Made by a program: the position numbers and the translations under genes. Below are positions 1 through 7,019 of a stretch of 59,460 nucleotides of DNA, piece by piece. The notes under the pieces are model-generated. The model was not told where the DNA came from. It was given only the letters and a program-made list of their open reading frames with translations, and searched no databases. This DNA comes from an uncultured Planctomycetota bacterium. GTDB lineage: Bacteria > Planctomycetota > J058. Each line of letters begins with the position of its first letter. The first letter of the stretch is position 1. Location of the stretch: NCBI GenBank assembly GCA_964569055.1, contig CAZMSZ010000001.1:1-59460 (forward strand), given 5' to 3'.

Positions 1-13
1 GGCGCAGCCGCCG

Positions 14-1084
14 TCAGAACGGCTCGAGCCCGTGGATCGCGTCGACGCGCTGGCGGGCGCGCTGGCGGAGGGCCCGCGCGAGGGGCGCCTCGCCGCGGTC
101 GGCGAGGTAGCGGTCGAGCGCCGCGAGCGCGCCCTGCGCGTCCTCCGAGCCGAGGCGCATGTAGCCGAGCAGCAGGTCGAGCTCGGGGTCGTCGGCGGCG
201 GCGGTGGCCAGCCCCTCGAGCCGCGCGCTGAAGTCGGCCGCGGCCGCGCCGTACAGGTCGCGCAGGTCGAGGCCCGACTCGATCCAGCGCGGGTTGGCGG
301 CGTAGCCCTCCTCGAGCGCGACCTGCGCCGAGCGGAACGAACCCTGGCTGAACAGCGCCTGCGCGAGCAGGTAGCGCGCGAAGGGGGCGCGCGGGTCGCG
401 CTCGAGCGTGGCGGCGAACGCCTTGGCCGCGCCCTCGTAGGCGCCGTGGCGCAGGCGCACCACGCCGAGGCGGTCGAACGCGTCGGCCTCGGGCAGCGCG
501 CTCGCCTCGCGGGCGTCGAGGTCGGAGGAGACCTCGCCGGTCTCGCCGCTGCCGGCCTTGCGCTCGGCCGGGCGCGGCGCGGGGGCGCTGCCCTCGGGCT
601 GGGTCGGCTTGGGGCGCAGCGGCTCCTTCGCCTCCCAGGCGCCGCCGCTCAGGGCCGCGCGGATCTCGTTGTTGAGCCGGACCTCGAGCCCGGGGTCGCT
701 GGCGACCGTCTTCCAGCTGTAGAGCGGGTTGAACTGGTCGGGGAACGTGGCGGGCTCGCTGTCCTCCACCTTGTAGAGCACGCGGCACTGCACGTCGTAG
801 TAGTCGCCGTGCGACACGATCCGCGCCTCGATCTCCTGGCGCGTCTTCTCGAACAGGCTGGTGTCCTCCTTCACGAGCGCGGTGATCACGCCCGAGCGGT
901 AGGACGAGCTCTGGATCGCGGCGTAGCGGTTGACGATGTGGTACGTGGTGTTGAACACGCGCCGGTAGTCGCCCATCGCCACCTCGTGGGTGACGTTGAC
1001 GGGGCGCTCCACGCGCTGCGCCGGATGGTTGGCGGCGCAGCCCCAGAGCAGGGCGATCGACGGCACGAGCAGGAGCTTTCGCAC
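14..1084 (-). CDS. Lipoprotein with C-terminal TPR-like repeats
   Basis: Lies inside ORF 14..1546(-). An in-frame GTG at 1084 behind a GGAGGG-like RBS gives the N-terminus VRKLLLVPSIALLWGC (signal peptide plus lipobox Cys). The C-terminal helical repeats (AYEGAAKAFAATLERDP, ARYLLAQALFSQG) look TPR-like. The upstream 154 codons of the ORF are Arg/Pro/Ala-rich filler. Confidence 0.6.
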   Translation of the reverse strand: MRKLLLVPSIALLWGCAANHPAQRVERPVNVTHEVAMGDYRRVFNTTYHIVNRYAAIQSSSYRSGVITALVKEDTSLFEKTRQEIEARIVSHGDYYDVQCRVLYKVEDSEPATFPDQFNPLYSWKTVASDPGLEVRLNNEIRAALSGGAWEAKEPLRPKPTQPEGSAPAPRPAERKAGSGETGEVSSDLDAREASALPEADAFDRLGVVRLRHGAYEGAAKAFAATLERDPRAPFARYLLAQALFSQGSFRSAQVALEEGYAANPRWIESGLDLRDLYGAAAADFSARLEGLATAAADDPELDLLLGYMRLGSEDAQGALAALDRYLADRGEAPLARALRQRARQRVDAIHGLEPF

Positions 1085-1343
1085 GGAACCCTCCGCGGGT
1101 CGGTCGAGGAGTCGAGGTTGAGGGTTGCGCGCCACCCTTGGTCGTACTCTAGACCTGCCGTGACGCTCGTTCAAGGAGGCCGCCCGCTGGAACCGCCTGC
1201 CGGCGCGCGGCGTGTACGCCCCGGGCGCGGCACGTCGCCGTGGAGCCGCACGACTTGGGGCGACCTCGACGGCGCCGGCCGCGCGGTCTATACCTGCCCT
1301 GGGAGCACGCCCGCGTGAGCGCCTCGAGAACGACGGAGAGCCC

Positions 1344-2834
1344 GTGAACCTGTCCCCAGCCCGGACGTCCGCGCAGGCCTCGGCGCGGCCGCGGCGAGAC
1401 GCCTCGCTCGGTCGCGCGGCGTACGAGGCGGAGGCGCTGCGCGCCGCCTGCCTGCTGGACGGGATCGAGCTCGGCGAGCCGCTCGGGACGGGCGGGAGCG
1501 CCACCGTGTGGGCGGCGCGCTGGCGCGGGCGCGAGGCGGCGCTCAAGGTGTTCGCGCGCGCGGACGCCGCGCCCCCGACGCCGCCGGGGCACCCGGCGAT
1601 CGCGGCGGTGCTCGGGCGCGGGCGAGCGCTGGGACGCCCTTACCTCCTGCTCGAGCGCTTCCCGACCGACCTCCGCCGGCTGCTCGGGGGCCGCCCGCTG
1701 CGGGCCGACCTGCTTCGCCCGATCGTGGTGCCGCTGCTCGATGCGGTGGAGTTCGCGCACCGGCGCGGGATCGTCCACGGCGATCTCAAGCCGGGCAACG
1801 TGCTCGTCGACCCCGACGCGCGCCCGGTGCGGGTCGGGCTCACCGACTTCGGCCACGGCGGGGGCGAGGCGCTCGAGCTGGTGGCCTCGCTCGCCAGCGG
1901 CGACCGGCGCGAGCGCGAGGAGGGGCTGGCGACCCTGCCGTACCTCGCGCCGGAGCGGCGGGCGGGCGCGGGCCCGAGCGCGGCCAGCGACGCGTTCGCG
2001 CTGGGCGTGCTGCTGTTCGAGCTGCTGACCGGCCGCCAGCCCGTCGGGCTCGAGCTGCCGAGCGAGCTGGTCCCCGCGCTGGGCCCGCGCTTCGACGAGC
2101 CGGTGAAGCGCGCGCTCGCGAGCGACCCCGGCCGGCGGCTCGACGTGCTCGGCCTGCGCGCCGAGCTGCTGCGCCTGCTGGGCGGCCCCGCGCAGGCGCG
2201 GGCCCCAGAGCCCGACGCCATGGTCGCGATCCCGGGCGGGTTCGTGGTGGTCGGCGACCGCGACGACCCGAGCGCGCTCCCCATGAACGAGGTGCGGCTG
2301 GCGCCGTTCTGGCTGGACCGCACGCCGGTCACCAACCGCGACTACCTGCGGTTCGTGCTGGCGACCGGCGCGCCGCGCCCGGCGCCCTGGCCCGCGCGCG
2401 GGCGGCTCCCGGCTCGGCTCCTCGACCTGCCCGTGAGCGGGGTGAGCTGGGAGGAGGCCGCGGCGTTCGCCGCCTGGGCCGGCAAGCGGCTCCCGCGCGA
2501 GGAGGAGTGGGAGCGCGCGGCCCAAGGTCCCGAGCACCGCAGCTACCCCTATGGCGAGGCGCTCGACCGGGCGCGGCTCCCCGCGCCCGGGCAGCTCGCG
2601 CCGGTCGGCGCGCACCCGGCGGGGGCGAGCAGCGAGGGGATCCACGACCTGACCGGCAACGGCTGGGAGTGGACCGGCTCGGACTTCGCGCTGCCCGGCG
2701 GGGGGCGGGCCAAGGTGATCCGCGGCGGGTTCGACCCCGCGCGGCCGCGGTCGGGGAGTGCGCACCATCGGGCCGCCCTGCGGCCGGACGCGCGCGACGC
2801 GGGCGTCACCTTCCGCTGCGCCCGCGACGCTTGA
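1344..2834 (+). CDS. Ser/Thr protein kinase fused to an FGE/SUMF1-type (formylglycine-generating-enzyme-like) domain
   Basis: ORF 1212..2834, with an in-frame GTG at 1344 behind GGAGAG. Kinase motifs: GTGGSATVW...ALKVF, HGDLKPGNVLV, DFG, YLAPE. FGE-type motifs in the C-terminal half: PVTNRDYLRFV, GVSWEEAAAFAAWAGKRLPREEEWERAA, GNGWEWT. The exact start is uncertain. Confidence 0.8.
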   Translation: MNLSPARTSAQASARPRRDASLGRAAYEAEALRAACLLDGIELGEPLGTGGSATVWAARWRGREAALKVFARADAAPPTPPGHPAIAAVLGRGRALGRPYLLLERFPTDLRRLLGGRPLRADLLRPIVVPLLDAVEFAHRRGIVHGDLKPGNVLVDPDARPVRVGLTDFGHGGGEALELVASLASGDRREREEGLATLPYLAPERRAGAGPSAASDAFALGVLLFELLTGRQPVGLELPSELVPALGPRFDEPVKRALASDPGRRLDVLGLRAELLRLLGGPAQARAPEPDAMVAIPGGFVVVGDRDDPSALPMNEVRLAPFWLDRTPVTNRDYLRFVLATGAPRPAPWPARGRLPARLLDLPVSGVSWEEAAAFAAWAGKRLPREEEWERAAQGPEHRSYPYGEALDRARLPAPGQLAPVGAHPAGASSEGIHDLTGNGWEWTGSDFALPGGGRAKVIRGGFDPARPRSGSAHHRAALRPDARDAGVTFRCARDA

Positions 2835-2879
2835 TCGCGGTTACACTGGCGCCCCTTCCGCCGAGGAGGAGGCGTAGTC

Positions 2880-3317
2880 ATGGCCGAGCAGCGCAAGGAC
2901 TACATGGTGAGCCGTCCGGTCCACCTGCTCTACGTCCTGACCTGGATCAGCTCGCTGGCGCTGGTGGCGTCGCTCGTCGGCATGGCCAGCAGCCTGCGCG
3001 ACGTGAGCCGGGCCCTGCCCGAAGGCGGGCAGAAGGAGTTCATCATCGTCGGCGTGCTGGCGTTCGTGATCGTGTGCACCGCGCTGGTGCTGGGGCTGTA
3101 CACGATCATTCACACCCACCGGCTGATGGGCGCCGCCTACCGGATCGGGGTGGTGCTCAAGGAGATGAACGCCGGCCAGCCGACCCGGATCAACCTGCGG
3201 AAGGGGGACTTCTTCGGTGAAATCGCCCAGGAGATCAACGCGCTCGCCGACCGGGCCCAGCAGGTGAAGGCGTCCCCTCAGGGAAACCCCGAGGCGCCCT
3301 CGACCCCCGAGGCCTGA
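2880..3317 (+). CDS. Small membrane protein with HAMP-like helix
   Basis: ATG at 2880 behind GAGGAGGAGG. Two hydrophobic helices (LLYVLTWISSLALVASLVGM, FIIVGVLAFVIVCTALVLGLYTII) are followed by an amphipathic segment, GDFFGEIAQEINALADRAQQ. Confidence 0.6.
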   Translation: MAEQRKDYMVSRPVHLLYVLTWISSLALVASLVGMASSLRDVSRALPEGGQKEFIIVGVLAFVIVCTALVLGLYTIIHTHRLMGAAYRIGVVLKEMNAGQPTRINLRKGDFFGEIAQEINALADRAQQVKASPQGNPEAPSTPEA

Positions 3318-3325
3318 GCCGAAGG

Positions 3326-3353
3326 CTTCGTTTCAGTCTCCCGAAACATGAAG
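3326..3353 (+). terminator. Possible terminator hairpin after the 2880..3317 gene
   Basis: Imperfect hairpin CTTC-GTTTC / GAAAC-at-GAAG that starts 9 nt after the stop codon, in a locally less GC-rich spacer. There is no clear U-tract. Confidence 0.25.
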
Positions 3354-3439
3354 CGTTCCGTAACCGAACGGCGCCGGCTTCGAACCGCACACGACCGAGT
3401 ACACAGCAGTTAGGTGCAACGGCAGGTGTCAACTCGTGT

Positions 3440-3455
3440 TGGCACCGACGTTGCA
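3440..3455 (+). promoter_or_regulatory. Sigma-54 (-24/-12) promoter
   Basis: TGGCAC-cgacg-TTGCA matches the TGGCAC-N5-TTGCW consensus exactly. It sits 27 nt upstream of the ATG at 3483, with a purine-rich RBS (GGGAGAGAGAGGGG) in between. Confidence 0.6.
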
Positions 3456-3482
3456 ACGCCCGAGCCGGGAGAGAGAGGGGCC

Positions 3483-4094
3483 ATGCGTCCACAGCACTCG
3501 CATCCGCGCGCTCCGGGAGTCCGCCGTTCGTTTCGAGCGCTGCTGGTGATCGCGGCGCTCACGACCCTCGCGGCCCCGGCGGCCGCCTCCACCGTGCTGC
3601 GGTTCGACCTCGACGACCTCGTCGATCGGGCGGCCGTGATCGTGCACGGCAAGGTGCTCGAGAAGCACTCACGCCGCGGCGAGGACGGGTCGATCGTGAC
3701 CGACCTGCGGGTCGAGGTGACCGACGGGCTCAAGGGCGTCCGCGGCGAGGCCTTCAACTTCACCGTGTTCGGCGGGGTGCTCGGCACGCGCGGCAGCGCG
3801 GTCGCGGGGGCGGCCACCTTCGAGACCGGCGAGGAGATCCTGGTGTTCCTCGGCCGCCCGAACAAGCGCGGCGTGCGGGGCACGATCGGGCTCTCCCAGG
3901 GCAAGTACACCATTCGCGAGGTCGACGGCGAGCGCCTCGCCTTCCGCGACCTCGAGGGGCTCCGGCTGATGGACCGCAGCTCGGGTGAGGTCGAGGAGGC
4001 CAAGACCGAGCAGGGCGTGCCGTTCGACGAGCTGCTCGAGCGCGTGCAGGCCCGGCTGGCCGAGACGCAGCCCGACGCCGAGTCGGGGCGGTAG
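3483..4094 (+). CDS. Secreted hypothetical protein
   Basis: Internal ATG of ORF 3414..4094, placed just after the sigma-54 promoter and RBS. The N-terminus MRPQHSHPRAPGVRRSFRALLVIAALTTLAAPAAAS looks like a signal peptide. The stop is 8 nt before the next gene. Confidence 0.6.
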   Translation: MRPQHSHPRAPGVRRSFRALLVIAALTTLAAPAAASTVLRFDLDDLVDRAAVIVHGKVLEKHSRRGEDGSIVTDLRVEVTDGLKGVRGEAFNFTVFGGVLGTRGSAVAGAATFETGEEILVFLGRPNKRGVRGTIGLSQGKYTIREVDGERLAFRDLEGLRLMDRSSGEVEEAKTEQGVPFDELLERVQARLAETQPDAESGR

Positions 4095-4102
4095 GGGGGG
4101 CC

Positions 4103-5947
4103 ATGGCCGGCACGATCGAGGTCGGGAACTGCCCCGCGCGGCTCGTCTCCCGCAAGTTCATCCACCGCGCGCCGATCATCGCGGTGCTGTTCTGCATGTT
4201 CGGCCTGTCCTACTCCAGCTACGCCTGGGTGAGCCTGCAGGCCGGGTCGAAGGCGTTCTACTGGCGCAACCCCACCGTGGCGTTCGCGATCCACGAGGAG
4301 TGCCACCCCGGGATCGACGACGGCAGCGACATCACCGCGGTCCGGCTCGCCTTCCAGGAGTGGGAGAAGGTGCCCGGCAGCCGGGTCGCGTTCTGGGAGG
4401 ACACCTCGGCGAGCGCGCGCTCGCGCACCGACTGGCGCTCGGACGACGTCAGCCTGGTCCTGTGGGACACGACCAACGAGAGCGGCTTCTTCACGCCCGG
4501 CACGGGCCTGGTCGCGATCACCCCGGTCGACTTCGACACCCGGACCGGCGAGATCCTCGACGCGGACATCCTGTTCAACGGCAGCAAGCCGTTCTCGACC
4601 GACGGCGACGCGGGGTCGTTCGACATCCAGAACATCGCCACCCACGAGGTCGGCCACTTCGTCGGGCTCGACCACTCGGCCGTGGTGGGCGCGACCATGA
4701 ACCCGTTCGCCTACACGCGCGACACGCGGCTGCGCTCGCTCGCGACCGACGACAAGGCGGCCGCCACCACGATCTACCCGGCCGCCGGCGAGCCCGCCTC
4801 GCTGCAGGGCTTCGTGAAGCTCAACGGGACCGCGATCAGCGGCGCCCACGTGGTCGCGGAGGATGAGCAGGGGCGGCCGGCCTCGGCCACGCTGTCGGAC
4901 GGCAACGGCTTCTTCCACATCCGTGGGCTGGAGCCCGGGACCTACGCGGTCTACGCCGAGCCGCTCGACGGCCCGGTCAGCAACGCCAACTTCTCGCTCC
5001 ACACCAGCAACCTGCGGATCGACACCGGGTTCGGCACCACGTTCTGGGGCGCGACCAACGGGCGCAGCCACCCGGCCGAGCCCAGCCGCGTGCAGGTCGG
5101 CTTCGGCCAGCGCGTGGACGTCGGCGAGCTGTCGCTGCTCCCGCAGACCTCGATCAACGTGACCTCCGTCTCGCCCAACGCGCTCACCCCGGGCGCCGAG
5201 CTCGAGCTCGCCGTGGGCGGGGTCGACGTCGGGCGCGGGGCCGACACCAAGTCGGTCGTGATCCCCTCGGCGCTCGGCGACGTGCAGATCCTCGACGCGC
5301 GCTTCCCCAGCGCCAGCCAGGCGCGCGTGCAGGTCTACGTGGCCCCGGCGGCGCGGCCGCAGCTCTGCAGCGTCCGCGTGTTCGACACCCAGACCTGGGC
5401 CTGCTCGGTCTACACCGGCGGGTTCGAGGTGCGCGACCCCGGCCCCGTCGCCGAGGGGCTGTCGACGTCGACCGGCACGCCGGGCAGCTCGGTCTCGGTG
5501 CTGGGTGACCGGTTCCAGTCGGGCGCGCGCGCCCTGCTCGGCCCGGTGGTGGTCTCGGCCACGGTCTCCGGCACCGAGGTCCGGTTCTCTGTGCCCTCGA
5601 CCCTCCCCAACGGGACCTACGACGTGACCGTCGAGAACCCCGACGGCCAGTTCGCCAAGCTGCAGGAAGCCTTCACCGTCAGCGGCTCGACCGCCACGCT
5701 CGCCACCGGCAGCGGCGGGATCGGCTCGCCGCCTCCGCCCCCGCCCACCGCCGGCTCGGCGACCGCGGCGGCGCGCCCCCCCTCGCGGGCGGCCTCGGGC
5801 AGCGACGGCGGCGGCGGTGGCGGCGGCGGCTGCGCCCTCAGCCCCGTCCCGACCGGCAACGGCGGCGCGGACCCGAGCGCGCTGCTGGCGCTGGCCCTCC
5901 TCGGGGCGCTGTTCGCGCGCCGCGGCCGGGTGCAGCCCAGGCGGTGA
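4103..5947 (+). CDS. Matrixin/metzincin zinc metalloprotease with Ig-like (TIG-like) repeats and a MYXO-CTERM-like sorting tail
   Basis: HEVGHFVGLDHS matches the HExxHxxGxxH zinc site. The N-terminus has a hydrophobic anchor. The C-terminus has a poly-Pro/Gly linker followed by GGGGGGGGCALSP...LLALALLGALFARRGR (Gly-Cys, hydrophobic stretch, basic tail). Confidence 0.85.
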   Translation: MAGTIEVGNCPARLVSRKFIHRAPIIAVLFCMFGLSYSSYAWVSLQAGSKAFYWRNPTVAFAIHEECHPGIDDGSDITAVRLAFQEWEKVPGSRVAFWEDTSASARSRTDWRSDDVSLVLWDTTNESGFFTPGTGLVAITPVDFDTRTGEILDADILFNGSKPFSTDGDAGSFDIQNIATHEVGHFVGLDHSAVVGATMNPFAYTRDTRLRSLATDDKAAATTIYPAAGEPASLQGFVKLNGTAISGAHVVAEDEQGRPASATLSDGNGFFHIRGLEPGTYAVYAEPLDGPVSNANFSLHTSNLRIDTGFGTTFWGATNGRSHPAEPSRVQVGFGQRVDVGELSLLPQTSINVTSVSPNALTPGAELELAVGGVDVGRGADTKSVVIPSALGDVQILDARFPSASQARVQVYVAPAARPQLCSVRVFDTQTWACSVYTGGFEVRDPGPVAEGLSTSTGTPGSSVSVLGDRFQSGARALLGPVVVSATVSGTEVRFSVPSTLPNGTYDVTVENPDGQFAKLQEAFTVSGSTATLATGSGGIGSPPPPPPTAGSATAAARPPSRAASGSDGGGGGGGGCALSPVPTGNGGADPSALLALALLGALFARRGRVQPRR

Positions 5948-6669
5948 GCTCGCCCCGCGAGGCGCTGCAGGAGCGCCTGGGGCACCGCTTCGCCGACCCC
6001 GCGCTGCTCGAGCAGGCGCTCACCCACGCCTCTGCGAGCGAGCCCGGGCGCCCGTCCTTCGAGCGGCTCGAGTTCCTCGGCGACGCCGTGCTCGGGTTCG
6101 TGATCGGGCACACCCTGTTCGAGGATCAGCCCGACCTCGCCGAGGGCGACCTCACGAGCATGCGGGCCGCCGTGGTCTCGACCCGCTCCCTCGGCGACGT
6201 GGGCGAGCGCCTCGGCCTGCGCGAGGCGCTCCACCTCGGCAAGGGCCTCCGCCGCGAGTCGCTCTCGGGCGCCGTCCTGGCCGACGCCTTCGAGGCGCTC
6301 CTCGGCGCGGTGTTCCTGGACGGCGGCCTGGACGCCGCGCGCGCCGTGGCCCTGCGCGCCCTCGACGAGCGCCTCGCCGACGCCCTCGCCCGCCGCGGCG
6401 CGCGCAACTGGAAGTCGCTGCTCCAGGAGCACACGCAGGAGCTCCGCCGGGTCACGCCCAGCTACCACCTCGTCGGCGAGAGCGGCCCCGACCACGCCAA
6501 GGTGTTCGAGGTGGCCGCCCTGATCGAGGGCGCCGAGAAGGGCCGCGGCCGCGGCGCCTCCAAGAAGCTCGCCGAGCAGTCGGCTGCCAGAGCGGCGCTG
6601 CGAACGCTGGAGCTGGAGGGCTGGGGCAAGCGGGAGGCCCTGGGGGACGAGGGGCCGGTCCCGGCGTAG
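5944..6669 (+). CDS. rnc: Ribonuclease III
   Basis: Carries the RNase III signature ERLEFLGDAVLG and a C-terminal dsRNA-binding-like segment (PDHAKVFEV...GRGRGASKKLAEQSAA). The GTG start overlaps the upstream stop as GTGA. Confidence 0.9.
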   Translation: MSSPREALQERLGHRFADPALLEQALTHASASEPGRPSFERLEFLGDAVLGFVIGHTLFEDQPDLAEGDLTSMRAAVVSTRSLGDVGERLGLREALHLGKGLRRESLSGAVLADAFEALLGAVFLDGGLDAARAVALRALDERLADALARRGARNWKSLLQEHTQELRRVTPSYHLVGESGPDHAKVFEVAALIEGAEKGRGRGASKKLAEQSAARAALRTLELEGWGKREALGDEGPVPA

Positions 6670-6946
6670 CGGCGAGACGACGAGAGCAACGGCAATGGCG
6701 CCCCAAATGCCAGAGACGTTGTCGCTCGCCCTCGGCTCCTCGGGCGGATCTTGCACGAGCTCACCGACACTTCCGGTTGAGGTGCGCCTTCATCGAGAAC
6801 GAGGGCGGGTCCTCGTATCAGCGAATTCCTGAAACCGCCCACCGAGCCGCCCCAACCAACCTCCACAACTCGCGCTCGGCGAGCGGCTCCAAGGCACGGC
6901 TTCAGAGCATCTGCACTCAAGTATGTCGCGCGCCAGGAGCGCGCTC

Positions 6947-6976
6947 TTGCTTTTCCGGTGCAGGGTGGGCTATTTT
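6947..6976 (+). promoter_or_regulatory. Candidate sigma-70-type promoter for the CIS operon
   Basis: TTGCTT-N18-TATTTT lies in the less GC-rich 350-nt spacer, about 45 nt upstream of the sheath ATG. A GCGCGCC-agga-GCGCGC palindrome (6927-6945) sits directly 5' of it. The match to consensus is weak. Confidence 0.3.
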
Positions 6977-7019
6977 GCGCGCGCTCGAGCCCGGCGGTCC
7001 TTCCTCCCGAGAGAGCTCA

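Noticed and set aside
3361-3400. TTCGAA-containing segment that superficially resembles a tRNA T-arm
   Set aside because: The flanking bases do not form the 5-bp T-stem on either strand, and no acceptor or anticodon arms can be drawn. It is not a tRNA.
4094-4100. G7 run between the 3483..4094 stop and the protease ATG
   Set aside because: It most simply serves as the Shine-Dalgarno-like purine tract for 4103. It is intergenic, so slippage would not shift a reading frame.
6849-6862. CCCCAACCAACC near the left edge against CCCCAAACCAGCC at 39883-39895, as possible att-like direct repeats flanking the island
   Set aside because: The match is short, imperfect and C-rich, with no integrase present. 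That is within chance expectation for this composition.
5817-7019. 400-codon N-terminal extension of the sheath ORF (the 5817..9797 track entry)
   Set aside because: The extension overlaps the rnc coding region in another frame, and its translation is Arg/Pro/Ala filler. Genuine sheath sequence begins at the ATG at 7020 (MPNLITPQVSYPGVYVVE).
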